A stretch of 64,000 bases of DNA from Minisyncoccota bacterium (GTDB lineage: Bacteria; Patescibacteriota; Minisyncoccia; Phycocordibacterales; UBA9973). This document shows positions 38,836-48,813 of the stretch, piece by piece (the stretch's first letter is position 1; each line of letters opens with the position of its first letter). The DNA is taken from the NCBI GenBank assembly GCA_039915165.1, contig JBDSNU010000018.1, forward strand, positions 2,064-66,063. Direction: 5' to 3'. The translations under genes and the position numbers were made by a program. The notes beneath the pieces are model-generated. The model had not been told where the DNA came from, searched no databases, and saw only the letters and a program-made list of their open reading frames with translations.

Positions 38836-40803
38836 CTAGAGGAAGACAGTAAAGCCCGACTCTGAACCACTGCGACTTTCTCTCTTGATATATTCATCAG
38901 GAACATCCATCAAAAATTCTGACGGTAGTCGTACATCGCGCATACCAAAAATTGTTCGCATGCTTGCATAGGTCAAATATAATTTTCTGCGAGCACGAGT
39001 AACAGCGACATACATTAGTCGGCGCTCTTCTTCTGCATCGGCACCGGTAAGTTTCGCATCACGTTGGTGTGGAAATAATCCGTGCTCGAGTCCAGTCACA
39101 AACACTGTGCCAAACTCCAACCCTTTTGCTGCGTGAATGGTCATCAACTTCACGCCATTTTTTTCTGCACCTTTTTTATTTTTGTCACTACCACTATCTT
39201 TGTCCAAATTATCCTGATCGCTCATGAGTGTTGCGTCTTCCAATAATTTTTCTAATCCTTCGAATCCATCGTAATGATCATAGCGCAATCCAAGTGTCAC
39301 AAGTTCCTCCAAGTTTTCTAATCGTTCTTCTCCGTCAACTTTGTCTTCTTTGTATGTGCGCTGCATGCCACTCTCAACAATAATGTATTTGATAGTTTCT
39401 GATACAGAATGAATTTCAGAAAAATCTCTCACACGTTCAAGCAATTCAAAAAAAGTTTTTACAGACAATAGTCCCTTTCCAGAAAGTTCACCGTAGGGGT
39501 TTTCAAGAGAGCGAGTGCTGAATAATTTATCAATAGTCACCTTGCCGATACCGCGAGCTGGTGTATTGATAGTGCGTTTGATGTCGACAATACTGTCAGG
39601 ATTTTGCGCTGCACGAATATATGACAAAACATCTTTCACTTCTTTACGTTCGAAGAATTTCACACCCAACACTTGATATGGAACATTGTACGAAAGCAAA
39701 GCCTCTTCAAGTACGCGAGACTGGAAATTTGTACGGAACAAGATTGCAATGTCTTCTGGTTTTTCACCACTATCAATTTTCTCGACGCACTGCTCTGCAA
39801 TAAATTTTGCTTCATCATTTTCGTCGTACGCAGAGTACACAGAGATCAGTTCGCCTTCAGCGTTATTCGTAAATAATTCTTTTGGTGTGCGATATTTATT
39901 TTTGTTTACGATTACATTCGCAGCGGCGATCACTGTTTTTGTTGATCGATAATTTTCTTCAAGCAATACCACCACTGCTTCTGGATAGTCTCGCTCGAAT
40001 TCTAAAATATTTTTGATGTTTGCTCCGCGCCAAGAATAAATACTTTGGTCAGAGTCACCTACTACACACAAATTTTTTTTACTCCCCGCTAATGCTTTTG
40101 CGATACGATACTGCACTTCATTAGTATCTTGGTACTCATCGATGTGAATGTATTGCCATGCATCGTGGCACCATGATCGAACTGTTTCATTGTCTTCTAG
40201 TAGTTTCACTGTTTCTAACAACAAGTCATCGAAGTCCAATGATTTTTGTTCACGCTTCAATGCTGTGTAACGTTTCCACACTTGCCCAGTGATACGGTTA
40301 CGCGGATTACTATCGTTCAATAATTGATCAGGACTTAGCAGCGCATTTGCTGAACGACTTATAAGACTACGTATTGCACGTGGTTCATTTGTTTTTGGAT
40401 CGAGTCCAAAGTATTGCAAAGATTCTTTGATCAAAGACATCGTGTCTGCATCATCAAGAATAGTGAAACGTTTCACCTGCGCGTCGTAGGCACCAAATCT
40501 TCTCAGCAAAAATACTCCTAAGCTATGAAACGTGCTGACGAATGGTATACCCGGTGCGCGGAGTGCAACAGGCATTGTCTCAAGTTGCACGATAACACGC
40601 TCACGCATTTCTTTTGCTGCCTTGTTTGTGAAGGTAACGGCCAGTATTCCACTTGGTGAAACACCTCCTTCTATTAAATTACAAATGCGATGAACAATTG
40701 TTTTTGTTTTTCCTGCCCCTGCCCCAGCCACTATTAATAGCGGTCCTTCTTTTGTCAGTACTGCTTTTTTTTGCGCGTCATTTAGTCCTTCTAGAAATTG
40801 CAT
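38836..40803 (-). CDS. pcrA: UvrD/PcrA helicase
   Basis: AGAGAGKT, TFTNKAA, DEYQDTN, VGDSDQSIYSWRGA, MTIHAAKGLEF, EEERRLMYVAVTRA. Confidence 0.96.
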   Translation of the reverse strand: MQFLEGLNDAQKKAVLTKEGPLLIVAGAGAGKTKTIVHRICNLIEGGVSPSGILAVTFTNKAAKEMRERVIVQLETMPVALRAPGIPFVSTFHSLGVFLLRRFGAYDAQVKRFTILDDADTMSLIKESLQYFGLDPKTNEPRAIRSLISRSANALLSPDQLLNDSNPRNRITGQVWKRYTALKREQKSLDFDDLLLETVKLLEDNETVRSWCHDAWQYIHIDEYQDTNEVQYRIAKALAGSKKNLCVVGDSDQSIYSWRGANIKNILEFERDYPEAVVVLLEENYRSTKTVIAAANVIVNKNKYRTPKELFTNNAEGELISVYSAYDENDEAKFIAEQCVEKIDSGEKPEDIAILFRTNFQSRVLEEALLSYNVPYQVLGVKFFERKEVKDVLSYIRAAQNPDSIVDIKRTINTPARGIGKVTIDKLFSTRSLENPYGELSGKGLLSVKTFFELLERVRDFSEIHSVSETIKYIIVESGMQRTYKEDKVDGEERLENLEELVTLGLRYDHYDGFEGLEKLLEDATLMSDQDNLDKDSGSDKNKKGAEKNGVKLMTIHAAKGLEFGTVFVTGLEHGLFPHQRDAKLTGADAEEERRLMYVAVTRARRKLYLTYASMRTIFGMRDVRLPSEFLMDVPDEYIKRESRSGSESGFTVFL

Positions 40804-41032
40804 GATCACAGTGTAACAGACCCGAAAATATAGTGCAGTACAGAAATCGGAATGGAAAATGAGCCTTATTCTATATAGGTGTCAGAGCAATTTTGATTGC
40901 ACGAAATAATGACAAAACTGTCAATGTGTAGCAATATCAACGTATTTTAGGTAAAAATCATTGACTAAACACGTGAAAGATTGTGTTATCCAATACCCTC
41001 GTTATTCCTTGGTATTATTATCAACATAACCT

Positions 41033-42247
41033 ATGGTACCTATCGACACACCGAGGAAACGCATCGCGTTCCTCATTATAACAATCGCATTACTTAGTTT
41101 CACAGCAACTACTGTACATGCCGCAACAAAGCCAGTTTCAAAAAAAACTTCGACTACTCAGGTAAAAACTGCAACTACTACGGCAAAAAAGACTGCAACT
41201 AAGGCCGCTACTAAGGTTGCTACAACAACTACAAAACCAAAGACTATTGTTAAAGGCGAAAAAGTAACAGCCAAGGCCGTGACCGTTGTTGGTAATAATA
41301 GTATTTCTACCTATACCGTTAAGAAGGGTGACACAATCTCAACCATTGCTAAAAAATTTGATATCACGACGAATACTATTCGTTGGTCAAATGGCATTAA
41401 TAGCAAGGCAACAATCAAGGTTGGTGATAAGCTCACTATCCTTCCTACAAGTGGCATTATTTATGAAGTAAAAAACGGCGATACACTCGGTGAGATCGCA
41501 CAAAAATTTGGCGCTGACCAGGATGACATTCTGAATGCTAACGATCTTGATAACGCCAACAGTTTGAAACTCGGTATGAAACTTCACATTCCAAATGTTG
41601 AACCGCTTGATTCTGATTCAGTCGCAACATCCACCCATGACACTGCTACTGTAACTGAAAATATTTCCCCTATCGACATCCCGCAGCCACAAACAACTGT
41701 TTCAGTAATTTCACCTGTTGATCCAGTTGCCGTAATACCTGTGGCAATACTTACTCCTGCTCCCGGTACTACGATGATGGTAACAAATCCTGTAACTGAA
41801 ATTACCTACCCCATCACTGTGAAGCAATCCGCTGCTGCAACTAAGTACACTATCCCCTCAAATGATATTCGTGGATATTATGCTCAACCTGTTTCTGGAA
41901 AATTAAGTCAGGGTATTCATGATGTGAATGCTGTAGACATTTCTGCGCCAGTTGGAACAACAGTACATGCTGCTGCGGCAGGAACAATTATTGTTGCCGG
42001 TGGTGATGGAAAATACAATGGCGGATACGGCAACTACATCGTTGTCTCTCATCCAAATAATACTCAAACTTTGTATGCACACCTTTCAGAAGTTTCTGTC
42101 ACACTAGGTGAAGTAGTATCACAAGGAGAACCAATCGGACTTTCTGGAAAAACTGGAAAAGTTACTGGTGCCCACCTTCACTTCGAAATCCGCGGTGCGA
42201 CAAATCCATGGGGTTCTGATACAAAAGGAACTGCATACTCAATCTAA
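41033..42247 (+). CDS. LysM x2 + M23 peptidase
   Basis: YTVKKGDT, YEVKNGDT, H..AVDI, YGNYI, TLYAHL, GAHLHFE. Confidence 0.92.
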   Translation: MVPIDTPRKRIAFLIITIALLSFTATTVHAATKPVSKKTSTTQVKTATTTAKKTATKAATKVATTTTKPKTIVKGEKVTAKAVTVVGNNSISTYTVKKGDTISTIAKKFDITTNTIRWSNGINSKATIKVGDKLTILPTSGIIYEVKNGDTLGEIAQKFGADQDDILNANDLDNANSLKLGMKLHIPNVEPLDSDSVATSTHDTATVTENISPIDIPQPQTTVSVISPVDPVAVIPVAILTPAPGTTMMVTNPVTEITYPITVKQSAAATKYTIPSNDIRGYYAQPVSGKLSQGIHDVNAVDISAPVGTTVHAAAAGTIIVAGGDGKYNGGYGNYIVVSHPNNTQTLYAHLSEVSVTLGEVVSQGEPIGLSGKTGKVTGAHLHFEIRGATNPWGSDTKGTAYSI

Positions 42248-42291
42248 ATAAAAATTGACTCACGAAGAGTCATTTTTTTATCGCAAGCAGT

Positions 42292-42501
42292 TTATAGTAA
42301 TGCAGGAATTGTCAGCTTAATATCAATTGGTTTTTTATTTGCGATCTGCGAACTTGCACGCAAGATTTCAATGCCTAGTAGGGCACCTTCTTTATCTGTA
42401 TCAATCATAATATGATTTTTCATTTTTGAACTATGAGAAACAACCCCCTTTTTAAGGGTAATATAAATCGCATCTGCTTTTTTGTCATATGTAATTTTCA
42501 T
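42292..42501 (-). CDS. DUF2283 family protein
   Basis: MKITYDKKADAIYI..IDTDKEGALLGIEILRAS. Confidence 0.85.
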   Translation of the reverse strand: MKITYDKKADAIYITLKKGVVSHSSKMKNHIMIDTDKEGALLGIEILRASSQIANKKPIDIKLTIPALL

Positions 42502-42713
42502 AAATAATAACAAGTTATAACTATGCACGTAGTATGGCTTTTCTTACAAATAATTTCAAGCAGCCCTTTTTCGGTACGGTAGTTGATGGTGGTAATTTCT
42601 TCATTGTCAGTAAACTGTATAGTAGGATTTTTAATACCGAGTTGGATTTCATATGCTAAAATATTTCTTTGATTCATTCGGACTAATGCATGTTCCGTAT
42701 AAATGATACGCAT
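42498..42713 (-). CDS. DUF4258 family (RelE-like) protein
   Basis: IIYTEHALVRMNQRNI..I.NP..VITCY; coupled to DUF2283. Confidence 0.78.
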   Translation of the reverse strand: MRIIYTEHALVRMNQRNILAYEIQLGIKNPTIQFTDNEEITTINYRTEKGLLEIICKKSHTTCIVITCYYL

Positions 42714-42715
42714 AC

Positions 42716-44221
42716 TCAATCTAGTTTCGGGCGATATTGAAGTGCCTCTAAAACATGGCGCTCTTCTATAGTGTCGGAGTTGTCTAGGTCTGCGATAGTG
42801 CGCGAAACTTTTATCGTCCGTAAATATGATCGTGGTGATAGTTTTAGCTTCTCCGCGAATTGTTGTAGTTGCTTCTTTGCCTGCTCATTTAATTTACTTT
42901 TGAGATGAACATCTTGTGAGGACATGTCACTATTTAATGTGCCGGACCGAGCATATTGAATGGTGCGCAGTACCCCTACTCTTTTTTGTATTGAAGCACT
43001 TTCTTTATTGTTCCCTATTTCATGTAATGATTCGTAATCGATATGTTGTACGGGTACCCATAGATCAATGCGATCCATGATCGGCCCCGAAAGTTTTTTA
43101 TTGTATCGTGCCAGTTCTCCACCGAGACAACTACATGCTTTGATCGAGCTTCCTCTATATCCGCAGGGACATGGATTCATTGCTGCTAGTAAAATAAACT
43201 CTGCAGGGAAATGCACACTACCCTTAGCTCTGGCGACAGTAATGCTTCCGTCTTCCATTGGCTCTCTCAATGCCTCGATAACCCTTCTATCGAATTCCGG
43301 AAATTCATCAAGATACAAGACTCCTCTGTGTGAAAGTGTAATATCTCCTGGGCGAATATTAGAACCACCACCAATGATTGCAACATGAGAAGCACTATGG
43401 TGTGGACTGCGAAGCGGTGGATTGCCATCGAGAATACTATCTATCAAGCCTATGCTGGAATAAATTGTTGCTACTTCTAGGAAGTGCTCATTAGATAGTG
43501 ACGGTAGTATTCCATGAAAGGCTTTTGCTAACATGGTCTTGCCTGTGCCTGGTGGTCCATACAATACAATGTTGTGACCACCACTTGCCGCGATAGTCAG
43601 CGCCCGCTTTGCTATTGTTTGCCCTTTCACATCGCCAAAATCAATACCAATATGTTCATGGGTAGCAATACGTATCGAAGGTGAAACTGTTTCTAGACGA
43701 TGTACTCCTAACAAGTGATCAACAAGTGCAGATAATGTTGGTACTAGAAAAAATACTACTCCTTCTACCAGTTGTGCTTCCCGCTTATTACCAATAGGTA
43801 TATAGACTTCGGCAATGCCTTTTTTCTTTGCCCATAGTGCAATAGATAATAATCCTCGTATTGGTCTAACGTCTCCGTTTAGACCTAGTTCACCCACAAA
43901 GATTTTATTAGCACTATCGAAATGCAGTGTTTCACTAGCAGTAAGATATCCTAATGCAATTGCTATATCAAAATACGAACCCTCTTTTTTAATTTCTGCA
44001 GGAGAAAGGCTAACGATAACTTTATTGTTTTCAGATTTCGGATTTTTATGTAAACTATTTCGTAATGCGCTGATCACTCGCTCTCGAGATTCTTCAACAG
44101 CTTTGTCGGGCAGTCCAACTATTTGAAATAAATATAATCCTTTACTGATATCTGTTTCAACGGCAACTCCTGATGCGCCAAGTCCTGTAAGTTGCGCGCT
44201 GTGAATAATAGAAAATGCCAT
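42716..44221 (-). CDS. comM: ComM/YifB Mg-chelatase-like AAA+ ATPase
   Basis: IVGLPDKAVEESRER, GELGLNG, GPPGTGKTMLA, LRSPHHS, LDEFPEF, AAMNPCPCG. Confidence 0.95.
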   Translation of the reverse strand: MAFSIIHSAQLTGLGASGVAVETDISKGLYLFQIVGLPDKAVEESRERVISALRNSLHKNPKSENNKVIVSLSPAEIKKEGSYFDIAIALGYLTASETLHFDSANKIFVGELGLNGDVRPIRGLLSIALWAKKKGIAEVYIPIGNKREAQLVEGVVFFLVPTLSALVDHLLGVHRLETVSPSIRIATHEHIGIDFGDVKGQTIAKRALTIAASGGHNIVLYGPPGTGKTMLAKAFHGILPSLSNEHFLEVATIYSSIGLIDSILDGNPPLRSPHHSASHVAIIGGGSNIRPGDITLSHRGVLYLDEFPEFDRRVIEALREPMEDGSITVARAKGSVHFPAEFILLAAMNPCPCGYRGSSIKACSCLGGELARYNKKLSGPIMDRIDLWVPVQHIDYESLHEIGNNKESASIQKRVGVLRTIQYARSGTLNSDMSSQDVHLKSKLNEQAKKQLQQFAEKLKLSPRSYLRTIKVSRTIADLDNSDTIEERHVLEALQYRPKLD

Positions 44222-44261
44222 ACAGTGAGTATGGCATTTTCGTATTCAAGAAAAACTGAAG

Positions 44262-44615
44262 TTAGTCGTTCATGTGTGCTTTGTCAGTGCGAGCAGCTGG
44301 GTTTGCTCCGAGACGATCAGCTTCGATAGGGTTGTTACATACTTCGCATGTGCCGAATGTATTGTCTTCAATCTTACCAAGAGCAATATTGATATCTCCT
44401 AAGCGAGCCTGAAGAGTAGTTACCATTGCAGAACGTTCTTCAAAGTCTTCAAAACGGTCAGCTGCATCATTGTCATCAATTTCGCCCATCATGTCTTGGT
44501 CTGGAGTAGCATCCCACATGTTGGTTTCTGTATTAAAAATAGCAATTTGGCCGAGTTCTTCTTCCAAACTTTTCTTTTCAATTTCTAGCTTTTCTTTAAA
44601 AGACTGTGTATTCAT
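44262..44615 (-). CDS. TraR/DksA family protein
   Basis: Coiled coil with D.ND.AD, ALGKIEDNTFGTCEVC..I..RL.ANPAA. Confidence 0.85.
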   Translation of the reverse strand: MNTQSFKEKLEIEKKSLEEELGQIAIFNTETNMWDATPDQDMMGEIDDNDAADRFEDFEERSAMVTTLQARLGDINIALGKIEDNTFGTCEVCNNPIEADRLGANPAARTDKAHMND

Positions 44616-44664
44616 ACCCCGTATACTAGCATGCTAGGGCAAAAGCACAAGATAGTGGTGTGAA

Positions 44665-45552
44665 TTAACGCTGGGTTATAACTGTGTCATATACTGCCTT
44701 TAAAACTTCAGGTGTAGAGGTAATAACCAGTACATTGTTAGTGGCATATCCATACAAAAAGACGATTTTTTGTTGTTGGGTAGTTGGGTCAACGACATAC
44801 AAGCTGCGAACTGGTAAATTGTAAAAATACTGACTTTTGAAAACTGGTACTGGCTGTTGCGGGATAGTTGAAGTGTCAATATTTAGTGCTAAAGAAAACA
44901 TGTTGAGTAATGTTGGTTCCGCAATAGTAAATTCATTTGATGCTTTTTCAGGATCTGAAATTGAAGTCACGATGAATGGCAAAATATCTTGCCCTGTATT
45001 TACTACACCTAAGCGAGCTGAGGTTATCGATGCTTGTAATGGCTCTGTGGGTGCTGCTCCAATAAATGAATATAGTTGAGTAGTTGAAATCGGTGTTTTT
45101 GTCTGAGCATCAGTAACAAGAGTAACCAATGTCGGCTTCCCTACTACCAATGTGGTTGATGTTTTTAAAGTAGCTAGGACATCTTTGATAGTTGTACCAT
45201 CAATTGCAATTGGGTCTGTACTTTGAAATACCCCAACAGAAACCGCTGGCTGTACGGGCACTGTCAGATGGAAATAATAATACGTACCATACGCCAACAC
45301 CGCAGCTGTTAGTACTATCAAAATAAAACTGCTCGTGGTGTACCATTTCTTCTCTCGGCGCTCAGTTACTTCGATGGCTGCTTCAACTTCTTGTTCGCGA
45401 GCCATGGTGAGCATTTTCTGTACGTCACCCGCTTCAGTAGCATTCATAGCCTTGGCCAAGTCATCTTGATACGTATGTGACATAGCATGTTGCTGTTCTA
45501 CCAAATCAGCTTCAGGTGTTTCTATTGATATTTTTGGTTCAACTGGATCCAT
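44665..45552 (-). CDS. Single-TM hypothetical protein
   Basis: HTYQDDLAKAM N-terminus, one TM segment, extracellular domain. Confidence 0.7.
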   Translation of the reverse strand: MDPVEPKISIETPEADLVEQQHAMSHTYQDDLAKAMNATEAGDVQKMLTMAREQEVEAAIEVTERREKKWYTTSSFILIVLTAAVLAYGTYYYFHLTVPVQPAVSVGVFQSTDPIAIDGTTIKDVLATLKTSTTLVVGKPTLVTLVTDAQTKTPISTTQLYSFIGAAPTEPLQASITSARLGVVNTGQDILPFIVTSISDPEKASNEFTIAEPTLLNMFSLALNIDTSTIPQQPVPVFKSQYFYNLPVRSLYVVDPTTQQQKIVFLYGYATNNVLVITSTPEVLKAVYDTVITQR

Positions 45553-45560
45553 GAAGTATA

Positions 45561-46070
45561 TTAATAACCGATTAGGTATTTTTTGTGATTATCAGAGAGG
45601 TCAATGAATTCATCAACTACTTCTTTAAGCGCAGACGATGCTGACTTACCAAAGGTCGCTGCTTCTACTTGTACTCCATGGTGGTATCGCAAATAGTTAC
45701 AGAGCGGTACAAAATCTCCATCACCTGAAACTATAATTATTGCATCGAGCTTTGGTGCCATTGAAACTGCATCGATTGCGAGTCCGATATCCCAGTCAGC
45801 TTTTTTGCTGCCATCATAAAAAATTTGCAGGTCCTTAGATTTTGTCTCAATCCCCGCCTTAATAAGTGCGCTTAAAAATGCAGTCTCGTCACCGTTCTCG
45901 GTGGTGATAACATATGCAATTGATCTAATAAGTGTTCTGCCTGCTAAGAGGTCTTTTACTACATTACCAAAATTTACTTTTCTTTTATAAAGGTTTTTCG
46001 CTGTGTGGTACAGGTTTTGTGCGTCTATGAAAATTCCCACACGTTGATCCTTTTGTTTTATTACTGCCAT
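45561..46070 (-). CDS. NYN domain (LabA/DUF88) protein
   Basis: FIDAQNLY, KADWDIGLAID, SGDGDFVPL. Confidence 0.9.
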   Translation of the reverse strand: MAVIKQKDQRVGIFIDAQNLYHTAKNLYKRKVNFGNVVKDLLAGRTLIRSIAYVITTENGDETAFLSALIKAGIETKSKDLQIFYDGSKKADWDIGLAIDAVSMAPKLDAIIIVSGDGDFVPLCNYLRYHHGVQVEAATFGKSASSALKEVVDEFIDLSDNHKKYLIGY

Positions 46071-46146
46071 AGTATAAGTATACACTGAAAACAAAAACCC
46101 TCTTATGTATATAAGAGGGTTTTTGTCTCGAGTAATCGAGTGTTTA

Positions 46147-46407
46147 TTATGCCTTGATAATCTTTAGAGCTGTCTTGTGCTTTTCAGGACTAGTCTTTTC
46201 AAGAATCTTTAGGTGTCCGCGACGATCTGCTACCATCTTGATAAGTCCGCGACGAGAGTGGTTGTCCTTCTTGTGCTTCTTCAGGTGATCAGCAAGTGTT
46301 TCGATACGCTGTGTAAGCATAGCTACCTGAACTGTTTTTGATCCAGTGTCAGTAGTATGTTCCTGGTGCTTCTTGATTACTGCTTGTTTTTTCTTGGTCG
46401 TTAACAT
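46147..46407 (-). CDS. rpsO: 30S ribosomal protein S15
   Basis: [28 protein letters not shown]. Confidence 0.97.
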   Translation of the reverse strand: MLTTKKKQAVIKKHQEHTTDTGSKTVQVAMLTQRIETLADHLKKHKKDNHSRRGLIKMVADRRGHLKILEKTSPEKHKTALKIIKA

Positions 46408-46499
46408 GATGTAAGTATCATAACACAACCAGCTATAAAAAGCAAGCCTGCTGCCATAGTCGTTAGATAGGGCATTATTGGGATATACTATACATATAT

Positions 46500-47405
46500 A
46501 TGACAATCTCAGAGGCAAAAACACAGTTTCTTGAATATATTGAAATCGAAAAAGGTCGCAGCCCTTTGACCAGTCGCAATTACGACCATTATCTCAATAA
46601 ATTCTTTAGTGAAATGAAGATCAATACACCTTCTGACATCACAGAATCAGCTATTCGGCAGTTTCGCGTACAGTTAAATCGTGCCCCAGGTGTGAAAACT
46701 AAGGGCCAGGGTGGTAACACCATGAAGAAAACTACACAAAACTATCACATGATAGCGTTACGTTCTTTTTTGAAATACCTCAAAAAGATCAATATCACCT
46801 CTGTTAGTCCTGATGTGATCGAGCTAGCAAAGGTTGGAGCGCGCGATCTCGACCTTATATCCACAGATGAACTCATTCGTCTACTTAAAGCCCCCGACAC
46901 AAAAGAACTCAAGGGTATGCGCGATAAAGCATTGTTAGAATTATTTTTCTCAACCGGGTTGCGTTTGGCAGAACTATGTTCTCTCAATAGAGACCTCGAC
47001 CTTTCGCGTGATGAGTTTTCTATTCGCGGTAAGGGTGAAAAAGTGCGCGTAGTGTTTTTGTCAGACGAAGCGAAGGATGCAATCAAAGTGTATTTAAAAG
47101 AACGAAAAGATATGGAAGAAGCCATGTTTGTTAATAATTCACGTAATAGTATTGCAGGGAGGCTCACTCCCCGCTCTATCGAACGCATCGTCCGCGAATA
47201 TGCTACCAAGGCCGGCATATCAAAAAAGGTTACACCTCACGTACTACGCCACTCATTTGCAACTGATTTGCTTTCTAATGGTGCTGATATCCGCAGTGTA
47301 CAAATGATGTTAGGTCATGCAAACATTGCTACTACACAGATCTATACGCACATCACTGACAAACAATTGCGCGATGTACACAAGAAGTTTCATAGCAAAA
47401 GATAG
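46500..47405 (+). CDS. XerC/XerD-like tyrosine recombinase
   Basis: [38 protein letters not shown]. Confidence 0.93.
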   Translation: MTISEAKTQFLEYIEIEKGRSPLTSRNYDHYLNKFFSEMKINTPSDITESAIRQFRVQLNRAPGVKTKGQGGNTMKKTTQNYHMIALRSFLKYLKKINITSVSPDVIELAKVGARDLDLISTDELIRLLKAPDTKELKGMRDKALLELFFSTGLRLAELCSLNRDLDLSRDEFSIRGKGEKVRVVFLSDEAKDAIKVYLKERKDMEEAMFVNNSRNSIAGRLTPRSIERIVREYATKAGISKKVTPHVLRHSFATDLLSNGADIRSVQMMLGHANIATTQIYTHITDKQLRDVHKKFHSKR

Positions 47406-47480
47406 CTTGCGCTGATGAACTAGAAGAGTTATCCACTCCTCTATGTTTGCATTACTTCTCGCCTAGTCTATACTTGTAGG

Positions 47481-47720
47481 TAAGAGATCTTTGTTAATAA
47501 AATAATTACTCCCACAAAAGACCTAACGGCCTTTCCCATTCGATACTATTCATATCCTCACAATATTTCTGATTACATACTTGTCGTAATCAACATCCCC
47601 GTGAATAAAAAAAATAACTCAATCCAATCAGTTGTTCTTTTTCAAAACAAAAACTAAAACTCAAAACTAATCTTCTACTATATATAAACCATCCTCTCCA
47701 AGGGTGGTTTTCTTTTTCTT
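47481..47720 (+). ncRNA. Candidate small RNA (ORF-less transcription unit)
   Basis: TTGCAT-16-TATACT at 47447-47474; terminator aaaccatcct-ctcca-agggtggttt plus T-run; no ORF longer than about 20 aa seen. Confidence 0.4.
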
Positions 47721-47725
47721 TAGTG

Positions 47726-47756
47726 CGCCATAGCCATGTCGGACGTGGCGACGGCG
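47726..47756. repeat. GC-rich REP-like hairpin
   Basis: cgccatagc-catgtcggacgtg-gcgacggcg; ends resemble those of 53472-53528. Confidence 0.45.
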
Positions 47757-47778
47757 ACCCCTATGTTACAATACTTTT

Positions 47779-48543
47779 ATGCGAATTATCTCCTGGAACA
47801 CTAACGGCCTGCGTGCAACATACAAGCAAGGCAATTTTGATCCCCTTTTTACCGACTATTCCCCTGATATCCTTTGTTTACAAGAAACTAAAGCTACTCC
47901 TGAACAACTTCCGGAAGGTGCGCGTGATGTGTTTGGATACGAAAGTTACTTTTCTTGGCCAGAAGTCAAGAAAGGATATAGCGGTGTAGCTATTTATTCA
48001 AAAGAGAAACCATTAAATGTTACTCTAGGCATAGGATTAAAGGGGTTAGATGATGAGGGCCGTACTATCACCGCTGAATACAAAGACTTTTATGTCATCA
48101 CTTGCTACTTCCCTAATGGTGGAGGTGGACCAGAGCGTTTGGATTATAAGTTACGCTTTTATGATCAGTTTTTGAAATATATAAATGATTTGAAAAAGCC
48201 CGTTATTTTTTGCGGCGACATAAATACTGCTCATAATGAAATCGACCTCGCTCGACCAAAAGAAAATGCTATGAATACAGGCTTCCTCCCTATTGAACGA
48301 GCGTGGATGGATACACTAGTAAAGAATGGCTGGGTAGATACATTTCGCACCCTCTATCCTGAAAAGAAGGATGTTTATACTTACTGGGATCAGAAAACAG
48401 CTGCACGTGAACGAAATGTGGGGTGGCGTATTGATTACTTCTTTGTTTCAGCTGGTATAGAAAAGAAGGTTACTGATCTTATTACACTGAAAGACTTTTA
48501 CGGCAGCGACCACTGCCCTATTATGCTCGATATCAAGTTATAA
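47779..48543 (+). CDS. xth: Exodeoxyribonuclease III
   Basis: SWNTNGLRA, LQETK, GYSGVA, EGR, YFPNG, CGDIN, GWRIDYF, GSDHCP. Confidence 0.96.
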   Translation: MRIISWNTNGLRATYKQGNFDPLFTDYSPDILCLQETKATPEQLPEGARDVFGYESYFSWPEVKKGYSGVAIYSKEKPLNVTLGIGLKGLDDEGRTITAEYKDFYVITCYFPNGGGGPERLDYKLRFYDQFLKYINDLKKPVIFCGDINTAHNEIDLARPKENAMNTGFLPIERAWMDTLVKNGWVDTFRTLYPEKKDVYTYWDQKTAARERNVGWRIDYFFVSAGIEKKVTDLITLKDFYGSDHCPIMLDIKL

Positions 48544-48597
48544 AATAAAAAGCCTCACAGTTATGTGAGGACTTTTTGTTTTTGTCGCGGTGATTTT

Positions 48598-48747
48598 TTA
48601 ATACTGTCGTCGTACGGCCCCTTTGTTGCCTTGCGGTGTTTTACGTGGGCCGAGTTGTTTATCTCGCCTGTCGCCTACTGGAAGATTGCTTGCTGATGCA
48701 TCGGATGCATTTCGATTTAGTCGCTGAGCTCCTTTTTTAGTTCGCAT
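48598..48747 (-). CDS. Small basic hypothetical protein (49 aa), below the ORF-track cutoff
   Basis: MRTKKGAQRLNRNASDASASNLPVGDRRDKQLGPRKTPQGNKGAVRRQY; ends near the hairpin after xth. Confidence 0.5.
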   Translation of the reverse strand: MRTKKGAQRLNRNASDASASNLPVGDRRDKQLGPRKTPQGNKGAVRRQY

Positions 48748-48813
48748 AGTGTATAGGTTTGTTTATTTACCAGTAGATTACAAAAAGTTGGCATGAAACG
48801 CAACTATTCCCTA

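Noticed and set aside
46500-47405. Tyrosine recombinase as an integron integrase or the island integrase
   Set aside because: XerC/D-like, no obvious IntI-specific insertion, next to rpsO and 6 kb from the island; action in trans is not excluded
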